Shown: positions 43,876 through 61,710 of the stretch, one piece after another
Layout of the letters: each line of letters starts with the position of its first letter
How positions within the stretch are numbered: the stretch's first letter is position 1
Assembly: GCF_009914755.1 (NCBI RefSeq)
Contig: NC_060929.1
DNA from: the human T2T-CHM13v2.0 reference genome, Homo sapiens
DNA length: 64,000 nucleotides
Strand: one strand, 5' to 3'
The notes under the pieces: generated by a model
The model's database searches: none
Told to the model about the DNA's origin: nothing
The model's input: only the letters and a program-made list of their open reading frames with translations
Made by a program: the position numbers and the translations under genes

Positions 43876-46373
43876 AAACACAGGACATATTTATGTTTTA
43901 TTTTATTTTTGTAGTATGAGTACAACACTATATTGGAAAAGGTTCCTTTAAAAGGTGATTTACCCCTTCCCACACCAACGAATTCTACTCTTTTGATTTG
44001 AAAATTATTTACAGCATTTCAGATGGTGTATGTCAAAAAACATTGCTCTTAACTTTTTCAGCAATCTTATATCTCAACAGACTCATGGCCTTTGATGAAC
44101 ATAACTATATGTCTGTAAACTTAGTTGTGACAAGTATTTTTGTGTTTCAAGTTTTATGTTTCTAATATTTTAAGTTCACTAAAATCACAAATACAATTTT
44201 CTAGACTTTTAACCTTTTAACATTTATTTTGTACACATGTTTCTATGCTTTTTAGTTTGAACTCAGCACATTTTTTTTTCTGAGCTCTGTGAGAAGCCTA
44301 AAAGGATCATGTAGATTCAAAAAGAAAAAAACAAAAGAACCAAACAAACAAACAAAAGTTGTACTTTATAACCATTTATTAAAAGACATCCAGAATGAAA
44401 GAAGGTTGCAGTCTATCTTGTGCCTTAGAAGACCATATTCTTGGTTTTCCATGCTGTCTCTCATCTGGAGGCAGTGTGGTCACTTAATTTTGCTGCCAAA
44501 TACATCCAAGTTTGAGATTCAGTCTCGCCACCTACCAGCTGCATGGCATTGGCAAATTTACTTCCTCTTATGGAGCTTCAGTTGTCTGTTAAATGAAAGT
44601 ACAAGGAAAGTAAAGTAATGCTGTTTTTTAAAAATTTAGCAAATAAAAAAAATATACATTGTCAGGTTCCATACTTGTAACTTAAAAGCTGTTCAACAAA
44701 TCTGTGTTCTTTTCTCTTTTCCTATAACAGGAATTGTATTTTCCTATGGCACAAATTGTATCTTCATGTTAATCTTCTCAACTGCTCTTAATTTATGGAC
44801 ACATTTGGTTTAAAAATACCCATTACCACATTACTTCTGAGAACTGACTACATAAACCAAGATTTTTTTAAAAAAATTGAATTTATTGTAGTAGGGATTT
44901 ATCAAAAAGGACTAAAGTTGTCAATTATAATAGTCATTAGTTTTGCCCTTATTATCAGGCTAAGAGCTAAACACTTCATTGCATTACCTTACTTAATATT
45001 CATGATAGCCTTCTGAGTTAAACTTATTAAATCAACTTACAAGAAAAAAATTTTATAAACCCCAGAAGCTCGTGATTTTAAGTCAATTTTCTCAACGTCA
45101 TTCAGCAGTTATAGAACAGGGATTTGAAACTCGGTTGCCCTGGACTTTCAATTACCCTAATATTTGCTCAAGTTAATACTGACATGTAAATTCAGGAGCC
45201 TGAATTTACAAGTCATTGCATTTAATCCTCATGATAGTCTTTTGAGTGAGTGAGCAAAAATGTCCTTCTCCTAGAATTTCAACAATGGTATAGACAGTGG
45301 AGAGAATGAAAAACAAGTCATCCCTTTTACAGATATGGGCACAGAGTTCCTACAGGTTAAATCACTTAGCAGAGGTCATAGAGCTAATAAGTGGTAGGAT
45401 TGAGACTAGTCACTGGAAGAAGTCAGAATTATTTCTACAATATGTAGCCTGATCCACCCTGAATGGGTAACTGTGACTGTTTTTTTAACATTTTTATATG
45501 GTTTAAAGGGAACCTGACAGCATTATACTTTTGTACTGAGTATAGTGCATTACAAATAGTAGGCTGATAGTATTTGGTAAATGAACATTAGAGGGTATCA
45601 TCTTTCTCATACTAACATATAATTGTGTAAGTAAACTAAAATGGGCTAACTTGAAAACTTCTTTTGAATAGAGGGCATTTTAATCACTAGGGATGGATTT
45701 GCAGAGTAGGAAAGATGAGGCAGTCTTATCAGAAAGAAAAAAAGATTCTAACATTCGAATCAGAAAAACTGGTGTTCAGATGTTGGTACTGCTACTTCTT
45801 AGCTGTGTATTCTCTAGCAAGTTACATAAAATGTATTATTATATATATGTGTATATATATATATGTGAGTGTGTGTCTATATGTATATGAGACACACATG
45901 TTTCTATCTATATATGTCAGATTTAGGAATTTCTTTAAAAATGTAGCTATTTTTGAATCAGGAAAGATAGTGTAAAACCATGAGTCAATAAAGTGGCAAT
46001 TTTCCCCGAATAGTTCAATTATCTATAAATTATCAAAAAGTCATTCACTTTCTGGTTTACATATTTGGGGTAGATAGAATATTAAACAGAGCTGAGTATC
46101 CAGAAGTTACCTGTGGATCACAGGCAAGTGAAGATCTGTGATTTCTATATCAAGAACTAGGTACAGTGAGGAATGTTATTTCTTGTTTTACCCAGGACAC
46201 CCATGTTCAAAGCGCCAATTTAAAGGAGCTTACTATCTTCTGAAGAGCACCTCAATAGCAGAGCAATTTATTCCTACAAGATATCCCCCTCAATGCTGCC
46301 ATTCCATGAATCACAGACTACACTGGGGTTAAATTAAGACTCATCAATTCTAAACCAAAATAAGATGGTCTAG

Positions 46374-46745
<372 letters not shown>

Positions 46746-47855
46746 TGAAATGAGATGTTTTGGCCTGTGGTATTGGATGGAGTATGCAGAATAATAAGGA
46801 TTCTTTTTTTCTTATGTCGTAAACAATTAAGTGCCATGATAATTTTGTTATTGATAAAGGGAGAGGTCATTTAGGTGAATAGATGTACAAAGTGGAGGAG
46901 ATAAAGGAGAGTCAGGAAGGCAAACATTTCTAGTCAAATAGGCTTTCCTGTGGTTTCTATTGATTTGAGAACAGTTTTAATGAACCTGATATTAGGAGCA
47001 AATAAACTTAGTCAAATCCTTTATTTACCAAGTGCGTTATAATTTTATAACTTGAAAGTTATATTCTTTTGGTTGTTTTCTGAGCCTAATCATTTGGTCA
47101 TAAATGTATAACCATAATGCCTCAATTAAATTAAGTTTGCCACATGAACCATCCCTAGTTCTCTGCAAAGTCAAGGGCAGGCACATTTTCTCTTTCCAAA
47201 ATAGACATATGCTTTAGGGATCATAACACACAGAAATTACCAAGAAATGCCTCATGGTAGAAAATGTTCAAGTTAAGAATACTGCTGCTTCTCTCAATTA
47301 GAACCTATTACACAGTATGGATTTTATGTCACAGCTTGGGAGGATAGCTGTGTTTGTGGGGTTTGAAGAACAAGCGTGACAAAATGCAAGTAAGCTTTGG
47401 GATGCTGTGATGAAGAGCAAAGACAGAGACAAAGAGATTTTAAGATGTTTAGAAATAATCTAGAAGGAGTCACTTGACATAAGCTTTTCTGAAACTTTAT
47501 TCTATAGAATATTAGTTTCTTAAGATACTCTCTGAAAATTTAGTTCTTTGTTGATGCCCACTTGAATATTGCTGCATACTGTATTTCCTGGTCACAGCAT
47601 ATTAAAGGGGCTAAGAAATTCTGTAGTAAATAAACTGGCTTAACTGTGTTTATCCCATAGTTAAACAAATGCATTAGATAAGAAAATCCTCTGTAGTGGT
47701 AACATCTACCTTATTTAATAAAATCTAAGGTGTTGTACTTCTTGATGGCAAAAGGCTATTAAATACTGCCTGCATTTTTAATTTATTATAATAAGACAGG
47801 CATAAATTATGTTTTTAAATTCCTAAATAAGGCACAGATTTAGGCTGCAAAATAA

Positions 47856-48245
<390 letters not shown>

Positions 48246-50790
48246 ATCTTTTACTCACATTCTGTTGTTCAGTCCTCTGCACTGGGAATTTATTTATGTT
48301 CTCAACGCAGTAATTCCCATCTGCTTTATTGCCTCTGTCTTAAAGAATTTGAAAGTTTCCTTATTTTCATAATTCATTTAAGAACAAGAGACCCCTGTCT
48401 GGCAGTCTGGAGCAAAGCAGACTATGCAGCTTGGAGACAGGATTCTGACAGAGCAAGCGAAAGAGCAAAGTCATGTCAGAAGGAGACAGAATGAGAGAGA
48501 AAAGAGGGGGAAGATGGTTCAAAGATACAAGAAAAAGTAGAAAAAAAAATAACACTTAACTAAAACCCCTAGGTCATTTGTAGATATATATTTCCAAATA
48601 TTCTAAAAAAGATACTGTATATGTCAAAAATATTTTTATGTGAAGGTGTTTCAAAGGGTAAATTATAAATGTTTCATGAAGAAAAAATTTTAAAAATCTA
48701 CGTCTTTATTACACGAACTATGGTGTGCTTATGTTTTTGTTTTGCTTTTTAAACTGATGTATAGCTTTAACATTTTGTTTCCAAAGCTGAAGATCCCCAT
48801 TCTTTCTCTTTGAAAAAAAAAAAGGCCTAATGCATTATTTTGTCATAAAATGCTATTTTAAAATTCATGGAACTTTCATACGTAAAGGTGCAGTTGCTCA
48901 TTGTAGAGCACATTTAGTCCAATGAAGATAAATGCTTTAAATAGTTTACTTCACTTTCATCTGAGCTTTTACCACTAGACTCAAGGAAGAATAATTTTAA
49001 CAGACATGTATACTCCATAGAAACTAAACTAAAATAGTTTAAAAATATTCCCTTTTTCACCCTATTTTCAGATAGCACATGAGCCCAACACTCACTTAAT
49101 TCTCATTATGAAGATGTTTTTAGAGGGGCAAAAATATTTTGCAAGCTCTGGAATTGTTGAATGTATTCTTTTATATAACTACATTAAAAGCTTTAGATTG
49201 AAATTTATGACTAGCAAACAAAAATAGAATATATAAACGATATATGTAAATATACAGCATGAGATTGTACATTTTTTACTTTTTTAAAATTGTGTTCTTA
49301 AAATATTGTGTAAGAATCACTGCACTTAGCTGTTGGAATGTTGTTAAATGCTATGGAAATACATTTAGAACCTGCATTTAAGAACAGAACAGCAAGTATG
49401 AACCACATGGAACTTAAAACATATGGGTGTGAAGTCCACTTATGTAGACAAAACTTATAATTTCCAAACTGTTGTCTAGTATACAGTGATCAGTTGCTCT
49501 CTGTTCAAGTCATTCCACACATTTCCCTATTTTAGGCTATTATAATATAGAAAGAAAATGGGAAGCATTAGTTGGAGCTAGAAAATGAACTGTATATTAT
49601 TGCTATATTTGCTAATACCAACTATTTCAATAAGTGTTGTACCATATGTAGCATTAAATATAAAATACATAAAAGAATGTACAGAAAATAGCTTTTATTG
49701 AGTAATATTACATTTCATTTATACTGTAGCAATATATTTGTAGGTATACTCTGTAAGGGCTTTAAATAAAAGAGGTCCATTAATACTTCCTTATAAAAAT
49801 TCTAGTCTGTTTCATTACTGCCCAGATGTTTTAGAGATAAATATTTATGCAGAAGGTATTTTTGAAGTCTCCTTTTGTCTGATAGAGTTTAACAGATATT
49901 TAAATTTAGTGCTCAGAATCCACAAGTCACGGTCTAAACACACTTAGAATACTACAGCATAAATCTGTTAGCATTATTGCCAAATAAGACAGTTGGGATC
50001 CAAACCCAAGTCTTGAGCAATGTTTTTCTCAAAAAGCTGCTATCCAATGATATAGGAAAATACATTGTGTTTTCCTAAACACACTTTTCTTTTTAAATGT
50101 GCTTCATTGTTTGATTTGGTCCTGCCTAAATTTCACAAGCTAGGCCAATGAAGGCTGAATCAAAGACATTTCATCCACCAATATCATGTGTAGATATTAT
50201 GTATAGAAAATAAAATAAATTATGGCTCTAACTTCTGTGTTGCTGTTTATCTTGTTATTTTTCGGCGTTATACTAATGTGTTTATTGAGAGCATTTTACC
50301 TTCCAGACTTCTCATGGCTAACTTTTGGTCTGTATTTTGCTCCTTAGATGTGAATATTTCTTATTAGTCTGCTTCCTGCTACGCAATGACTGCATTTCTA
50401 TCATTTCTCAGTTTGTTAGTATATGTGGATAGTATTCTACTGTATAAATGATTGCAAAGTTTATCAAAAACAAATTATTATATGTAGCTTTTCTACAGTG
50501 CTTTGCTAAACCATGTAGTACTAGTTAAGTCTTCCTTGAAAATAAAGATACACTCTTATAGGGGACAGTTCCTGTTCACTCCCAGGAAACTTTTTTAAAA
50601 GATGACACTGAATGTTTATTGCACTTTAGTGCAGTGAAGTGGCAATAAAACCTAACATGAATCAAGGTTGTTTATGGCAGATGCATGTGTTGCTTTACAG
50701 AGTTTAGCAAAAGCTCTTAATTTTATGTCATACTGTATTCTACTGAATAATAAAGCTAACATTATTCAATAATAAAATGGAATACTTGAC
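48246..50790 (+). other. GABRA1: GABRA1 3'UTR (~2.5 kb, AU-rich, no recognisable interspersed repeat)
   Basis: Follows the stop codon and ends at clustered AATAAA hexamers with a U/GU-rich downstream tract. Confidence 0.8.
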
Positions 50791-50810
50791 TCTCTTTTCA
50801 TGTTTTGAAA
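50644..50810 (+). terminator. Polyadenylation signal cluster
   Basis: AATAAA at 50644, 50749 and 50771, followed by tctcttttca tgttttg (U/GU-rich downstream element). Confidence 0.75.
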
Positions 50811-51492
50811 GGACTTTTCATTGCTCTGTTTTAATGCATTTTTACATTAGAAGCACCTGAAAGTACCAAGTGCTAGCAGGAATCTAGGCCACTAGAAAGA
50901 TACTAAAAAATGTCAATAGTATGATCCTAAACTACGATTTTTAAAAAATTATTTATGATATAAAAATGAATTAAACACCAGGTTTCTGGTATTACTAGTA
51001 GCACTTTGAAGTTTATGAAATATAAACATAAGAGAGTGAAAATGCTGAAATGATAATGGAATTTGTTCATATGTATTGATAGCATAGGAAACTCATTTTT
51101 CATTCAATCCTGAGACTCTGACTTAATTGTTTTGAGGTTGCATCTGAGCACTGTAGTTTTATAAGCTATCCTGGTGACTCTCAGTATGTAGCCAAAGTTG
51201 TTACATTGTTAATACTTTTCATTTTAACTTAAATTCCTTAAGGTTTCTGTAATCAGTCACATCAAGGTAAAAAATATTTATAATCACATGCAAGACAATA
51301 GAAAAATCATTTCAATGATAGACATAAAACCATAATTGGATTCTACACACCAGACCACATGAGACAAAATTTCTGCTTTAGATGATGGTCTTGCCAGAAC
51401 AACGTAAATTGTACCTTCAACAAATAAAACCTACATATTCCCTAGTAATGACTCACAACTTTATAAAAACTCACAACTAAAAATCCTCCGAC

Positions 51493-51811
<319 letters not shown>

Positions 51812-53667
51812 TTATTTATTCAAATAAAACTGTCAATGTAAACTAGCTGAACCATCATATTTGTTGATTTCTGGGTTCTCATAAAAAAGAATGCGGTGAA
51901 TGATGAATATTTTGTCTATCAAACCAAATTCATGTCAAGGCTCACCACATAATTATCAAAGAAATCACAATAAGAAAGGGCTTGGCATTATTGCTGACCA
52001 TCTGTTTGAAATTCATTGTACCAGTTAGTTATAACCTTCTGTTGGATTTTTCTGAAATCTATCCAGCTCTTATGACCAACAATAATAAACATCTAACTTG
52101 ACTATATTATACCCACAATCCAGCAAAATAGTTTAACTTCAAATGTTGATTTAATTTAATTAAACTAAATTCTACTAACATTGGCTGAGTCTTTTCCCTG
52201 TACTAAATACTGTACTTGATGATGGGGATGTAGATGTAAATATCGCCATTTTCCTTACAAAAATAATGGTTATGTTGGGGAAGGAAAACAATCAGACAAA
52301 GATAATAAAATAAGTATTATGATAAAGTAGAGGATGCTAACCAGTATGTAAAAGAAGTGCCTTGCCACTTTTCATAAGGCTAGCAAATTGGATTTGTAGA
52401 AACTAATGATGTTCAAGTTGAAACTTGAAGTATAAGAGGAATTGAAACCATCCTGGACCTGGACTATGAATGAGTGGACTTCTGATCTAATGCCAGTTTT
52501 GTGAGTTGTTAGCCATTAAACCACAAACCAAACATTTGAAACCTCTAAGATCCCTTTAGCTACTGGGATAGATACTGAGCTTGCAGAGAAGAAGATGACA
52601 ATATAATCTTGGAAAGCTCATAAGTTCATAGAGATTCAGAAAGAATCTAAAATTACAATACTACCTATATTACATATAATTACTGAAAAATGTGCAAGTG
52701 TAGGAGACTTACCTGGGGAGTGGTATGAGGGAAGTCTTTAAATGAAAGTGTTAGCCAAGCTAGCTTTTGTTTTGCTTTAGGAATATAAACTTTATTTTTT
52801 CAATACAAGCTCCATCAATTCAAGACACTTCTGTAAGCAATGATACCAGACATTCAGTCCATTCCTAAATAACTGAGGGTCCTGGGAATATAACCATGTA
52901 AATGAAGTATTTTTTACATTAAGTGAAGAAAATGAGTGTCTTTTAAAAATTGTTAAGATCAGAAAACAAAAAATGTCAGAAAGAGATAAATCAGGACTGT
53001 AATGATTTCCAGTCAAAACTCTTGCAAAATTGCCCTAGTTTGACGAGATGCCCAAGCAGCATTGTTGGGGTGGAGAAGGACTCTCTGATGAAGGTTTCTT
53101 GGGCATTTTTCTGCAAAAGCTTTGGCTAACTTTTTCAAAATACTCCCATATAAGCAGATGTTATCATTCCTTGGCCTTCCAGAAAGTCAACAAGCACATT
53201 GTTTTTAGTATCACAAAAAAACTGTTGTCATGACCTTTGCCTTTGACCAGTCCGCTTTTGCTTTGATTGGACCACTTTGATATCTTGGTAGCATTGTTTT
53301 CAGGATTGTGCTGGTAGAGCCCATTCCATCTTCTGTTACAATTCTTAGAAGAAATGCTTCAGGCTTGGTCACATTTATTTAAATTTCCACTGAAAGGTTT
53401 GCTCTTGTCTGCAACTGATCTGCGCTTAATAGTTTTGGCACCTATTAAGTGGAAACTTTGCTCAACTTTGATTTTCAGTAAAATTGTGTAAGCTGAACCA
53501 GTTGAAATGTCTATGGTGTTTGCTGTGTGTTCTGCTATTAGTTGTCTTCAATTACAGCATGAACAAGATTAAAAATTTTAAATTTGCAAGTTGATGTAGA
53601 TGGTTTGCTGCTGTGGGCTTCATCTTCAACATTATCTTGGCCCTTCTTAAAAATAGGTATCCATTTA

Positions 53668-56102
<2,435 letters not shown>

Positions 56103-56103
<1 letters not shown>

Positions 56104-56884
56104 ATTTGTGCAGCCAACAGACACATGAAAAAATGCTCACCATCACGGGTCATCAGAGAAATGCAAATCAAAATCAAAATGAAATACCATCTTGTGCTTG
56201 TTAGAATGGCAATCATTAAAAAGTCAGGAAACAAATGATGCTGAAGAGGATGTGGGGAAATAGGAACGTTTTTACACTGTTGGTGGGAGTGTAAATTAAT
56301 TCAACCATTGGGGAAGACAGTGTGGTGATTCCTCAGGGATCTAGAACCATAAATACCATTTGACCCAGCGATCCCATTACTGGATATATACCCAAAGGAC
56401 CATGCTACTATAAAGACACATGCACAAGTATGTTTTCTGCAGCACTATTCACAATAGCAAAGACTTGGAACCCACCCAAATGTCCATCAATGAATTACTG
56501 GATTAAGAAAATGTGGCACATATACACCATGGAATTATATGCAGCCATAAAATAGGATGAGTTCATGTCCTTTGCAGGGACACGGATGAAGCTGGAAACC
56601 ATCATTCTCAGCAAACTATCACAAGGACAAAAAACCAAACACTGCATGTTCTCACTCATAGGTGGGAACTAAACATTGAGAACACTTGAGCACAGGGTGG
56701 GGAACATCACACACTGTGGCCTGTTGGGGGATGGGGGCTGGAGGAGGGATAGCATTAGGAGAAATACCTAATGTAAATGAAATTGATGGGTGCAGAAAAC
56801 CAAAATGGCACATGTATACCTACGTAACAAACCTGCGCCTTGTGCACATGTACCCTAGAACTTAAAGTATAATAATAATAAAAA
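56103..56884 (+). mobile_element. L1PA 3' end, sense segment of the same insertion
   Basis: catttgtgcagccaacagacacatg...GTACCCTAGAACTTAAAGTATAATAATAATAAAAA. Confidence 0.95.
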
Positions 56885-57395
56885 ATAGTTATCCATTCGT
56901 AAAGTGCTACTGATTTCTTTGGGACATTGTCCCCATAAAATTTCTGTAATGTATCAGTGATTTCACCATTCTTCCACACAAGCTTCACCATAAATTTGAT
57001 GTTTGTTCTTGCTTCAATTTTAGCACAATTGATGTTATCCTTCTTAGTGCCTCAAACTAGATCCAGAAACAGAATTTTCAACATAGATTTCAGACCCAGG
57101 TTTTAAAAACTGGAACACATTGCTTAATTTTCCCACAAAATCAGTCTTATTCTCAGTAATACTTTGGGATATTTATCACTGAGATGTACTGTTTCCTTCA
57201 GCAAAAAATTTTTAATTTTTTTTCAATTTTTTAAATTTAAATTTTATTTTTTTCCATCAAAGTATTCTCTACTACCAAGTTCCAACAGATGACTCAACTG
57301 GTTCTTTATAAACAAAAGACAACCCAACAAGAACATAGACATATTTTTCGAAGGAAACAAGAATGTATCTTCTTTCCTTGAACAAGGATGAGGGC

Positions 57396-57845
57396 TGACA
57401 AAGATTCTTTGCTTGACTAAATTGTCATCAGGTTAGTGAGCCGTCTTCTAGGCCCATCAGTGCACTTCCTTGTAAGAACTAGGTTTAACAAAGAACACTG
57501 CTAAATCAGTTTATTAACAAAGAACACTGCTAAGTAAATGTAAAGAACTCCAACCCTTGACTTATCTTATCAGGTTTCTAAACCTCCACCATCTCCCAGG
57601 TCTGATCACCCTGGCCTGAATCCAGTCCAGCTGGCTTAGCAAGACTTCCCCTTTCCCCCAATACTTCCTTTTAGCAATTTCCATCCTCTGACCCCATCCA
57701 GCTTCTTGGCTGCAAACCCCCATTGAGCCATGCTATGTTTAGTGTTGAGCCCAGCCTCTCACTCCCACTGCAAGACCCCATGGCAGTGGTCCCTACAACT
57801 GTTGTGATAGTGCTTAATAAAGTCTGCCTTACCATGCTTCAAGCT
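57396..57845 (+). mobile_element. ERV1-type solo LTR (MER67-like)
   Basis: TGACAAAGATTCTTTGCTTGAC start, taggcccatcagtgcacttccttgtaa, AATAAA near the end; internal 20-bp repeat ttaacaaagaacactgctaa. Confidence 0.6.
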
Positions 57846-57937
57846 AGGATTTGAAGGACGATTAGACACTTATCAGACACTTTGGTGATGGAGATGCAGT
57901 TGATGATAAGAAATAGAGCCTTTATTAAAAGATAATG

Positions 57938-58505
57938 TTAACCAACCTAGGTGTACACCAAAAAGTGAATTTATAAAGAAAATGTGACATAAATACAATG
58001 TTAGAATAGTATTTTACTTTTTCTTAAAAGGAAATTTTTTCATTTATGAAAACATCAATGATCCTGGAGAACATTGTGTTACATGAAATAAGCCAGGCAC
58101 AGAAAGACAAATACCACATGATCTCACTTGTATGTGAAACCTACAAGAGCTGAACTTATCGAAGGAGAGGGGGAATGATGATTACCAGGAGCTGGGGAGG
58201 TGGGTGTGGTTGGGGAGATGTTGGCCAAGTGAATATAAAATTTCAGTTAGAAAAAATCAATTGAAGAGATTTGTTGTAAAATGTGGTGACAATAGTTAAT
58301 AACAGTGTATTGTATTCTTGAAAAAATGCAGTGAGGAGTTTTAAATATTCTTACCACAAAAAGTGATATGTGAGGTAACACCTATGTTAATTAGCTCGAT
58401 TTAGCCATTGTATACATATCCACAATATATACATCTTTCAAAAAACAACATACTGTACATGATAAGTATATACAATTTTATTTCTATTAAAAATAACTTT
58501 TAAAA
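57938..58505 (+). mobile_element. L1MA-type 3' end
   Basis: gaaataagccaggcacagaaagacaaataccacatgatctcac...gggagatgttggcc...ttagctcgatttagccatt. Confidence 0.8.
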
Positions 58506-58509
58506 AGGA

Positions 58510-59905
58510 TATAACCTAAAATATTAAACACAAAACTATTCAAAACAATGAAACAAGAAAACATCAAAGGAATTAAAAATAGTACACTAGAAAAATTCTA
58601 CTTAACCCACAAGAAATAATAAAACAAGACTAGAAGATTACAAAAGAATTAGACACACAGAAAGCAAATAGACTGTCACCTGGCAGCATATACAAAAATA
58701 AGTCAAATTAAATCATAGATCCAAATATAAGCACCCAAACTATAAACTTTCCAGAAGAAAACAGGAAGGGAAATCTTCATGATTTGGGGTTAGCCAACAG
58801 TTTTGGGACACACTAAAATCAAAATCTATAAAAGAATGGTCATGGTTAAATTACACTTTATCAAAATTAAAAACTCTGGTGCTTCTAAAGACCACATTAG
58901 AAAATTAAAAATAACACAATCTGATAGAAAATATTTGTAAAAATTATATCTGATAATGAACATTTATCCAAGCTGCATAAATAACTTATAGAACTATATA
59001 ATGAGAAAAACAACAACCCATTCTAAAAATAGGCTAAATATTTATTTGTTTTTTGTTTTTGAGACAGAGTCTGGCTCTGTCGCCCAGGCTGGAAGGCAGT
59101 GGCCCGATCTCCGCTCTCTGCAAGCTCCGCCTCCCGAGTAAAAATAGGCTAAATATTTAAGTAGGTATAAGCAAATGACTAATGAACCTATGAAATGTTC
59201 ATTACCATTAGTCATTAGGAAAATGCAAATTAAAGCCACCATGATAACTTTATATCCATAGAATGGCTATAATCAAATGATAGACTATAGAAAGTGTTGA
59301 AGACAATGTGGAGAAATTGAAACATATATACATTGCTGGTGAGAATGTACAGCCACCTTGGAAAATGGTTTGGCAATTTCTTATGAAGTTAGACATAAAC
59401 TTATGATATATCTCAACAGCTCTACTATTCAAACAAATTAAAAATTATGTATTCTTACAGAATTGTATGTAAATATTCATAGATACATTATTCATAAGAA
59501 CCTAAAACTGAAAACATCCCAAATGTCTGTACATTAATTAATGGATAAATAAAATGTTATTCAACAAAAAAGAAGGAACAAAAGCTTGATACAAGCTACA
59601 TGGATAAACTTCAAAAACATAATAAGTGAAAGAAGCCAGACACAAAGACCACATATTGTATAATTGTATTTACACTAAATGTCCTGAAATGTAGAGACAG
59701 CAGATTGTCGTGTCTGATACTGGGGGTGGCAGTGGGAACTGGTTGGAATTGAGCATGAGGGATCTTTTTGGCACAATGGAAATGTGTTAAAATTGCACTG
59801 TGGTCATGGCTTCACAACTTTATTAATTTACTGGAAATTTTTGAGTTGTACATTTTAAGTAGGTGGCTTTTATACTGAGTAAGTTTTAACGCATTAAAGC
59901 TACAA
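58510..59905 (+). mobile_element. Old L1M (MB/ME-type) 3' region, interrupted by an Alu fragment
   Basis: attagtcattaggaaaatgcaaattaaagccac, cattgctggtgagaatgta, aagtgaaagaagccagacacaaaag motifs. Confidence 0.75.
59045..59138 (-). mobile_element. Heavily 5'-truncated AluY-type fragment with perfect 21-bp TSD
   Basis: ctgcaagctccgcctccc diagnostic; TAAAAATAGGCTAAATATTTA at 59024-59044 and 59139-59159. Confidence 0.9.
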
Positions 59906-60356
59906 AAATAATGATAGTTAACGTGAAGAACTGTTTTGAAGCATCACTGATATCAAATTTATGTAAAAGAATCAGGCATACTTCCTGTCCTATAGTATAT
60001 CTTGCAAAATTAAATAAACTATTAAGATAAGGCCTCCATTTTTAGATTGCAACAAATATTTAAAATTGAGTCTAAGGAGAGAAAAAAAATTACCAATGGG
60101 CCAAACATAACACATAATAAAATAGGGTAGGGAATTCTTATCTGTAAATCAGAAGTAGGGTTAAGGGTCAGTATGGATCCAAATATCTAAATAATCTAGT
60201 CCACATATATGAGGCAGGTGACTTACTTAAAACATTTGTAGAAAGATTCAACCCACCTCCTTACACACTGTGTGCATACTTCCACACTTGAACAAAGGTA
60301 TTCCCTGTAGGCAATAAGATAATACAGCACCTGAGTATCCTGGAAAGCCACAGACC

Positions 60357-60705
60357 AGTGGTTCTCAAACTTCAGCATGCATTAGAGTTGCCCAGAAGGG
60401 CTTGTTGAAAGACATATTGCTAAACCGTACCAACAGACTTTTTGTTTCAATAGGCCTGGGGTGGGATACATTTGCAAATTTTATTTTATTTGATTTTTAT
60501 TATTATTTTTAAGACAGAGTCTTGCTCTTTTGCCCAGGCTGGAGTGCAGTGGCACGATCTCGGTCACTCCAACCTCCACCTCCCAGGTTCAAGCGATTCT
60601 CCTGCCTCAGCCTCCTGAGTAGCTGGGACTACAGGCACAGGCCACCTCGTAAGTCCCCAGCTAATGCTGATGCTATTGGGTCCACGAAACACACACTGAG
60701 AAATT
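60357..60705. mobile_element. MER5A-like element split by an antisense Alu right arm (about 60480-60647)
   Basis: cagtggttctcaaactt start and tgctgatgct...cacactgagaa end flank the Alu sequence. Confidence 0.75.
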
Positions 60706-61710
60706 TACATGTAATATCGACATTATCCACAGTCCATGTTTATGGATTAATTGGCTTTATTTCAGAATTTAAATTAACAATCCATGTGCTTGAGAAAGAG
60801 GAAAAACAGGTTTTAAACAATAAAGTATGGACTTGTTAGAGAAAGCATATACATTTTATTATTAATGACAAGGAATTTAAAGTTTTATTAAATCTATGAG
60901 ATTTTTGTTTCATTCAGTATAAAACTGGTAATTATAATAAATTCCACCCACAAATGGAAAAGTGAATACAAACACAATAAAGAAATACAATTCAATAAGC
61001 CAGTTAAAACAGAGATTTTTTACACAGAATAATACTCAAATATTTTTGAAAATTACTTTGTCCTTTAAAGAGGGAAACTCAATTTCAGACACTGTAAGTG
61101 AGACTATATTTTCCTCTCTACATTATTGCACAGCTATTTGTAGGTCAGCCAGAAATATTTTCTCCCACTGTTTGTAGCTGTATCTACTTTGCCTATTAGC
61201 TCTAGTGATTTGAGAGCAGGGAAATGTCTGTGAATATTATGATTATTATAAATGTTTATAATCTTGAATGATGAAGTATAATTTATGCTTAGAATAATCT
61301 CATTTTAGAGGATGGCAAATGCGCAAACAATAGACACTGCCTAGATGTTTATAATATTGATGGTTGAAAAACCATATTGTTGAATATAAATTTGAATTTC
61401 TGGCATCACAATTATCTCCAGGTAAGGAGTACAATAAGAGTCTCTTCATAGTATTCTTGAGTACGTCTCTTTAACAAAGCTATTCAAATACTAAAAGGTA
61501 AACACTTAAAATTGCTTTTATTAATACTGGTGATTTTCTGTTCTCCAGTAGCCATATCTCTTCAGACTACCAGTGGGAGTTGGTAAATTGACATATGGAA
61601 ACTGAATCCACATATTGGGAGGCCAGTTGTCCTCATCAATTTTCTTTATGGCCCCTGCAAAAATAGAAATGACAAAACATAATATACCAAAACTGTTCTC
61701 CAATTCAAAC

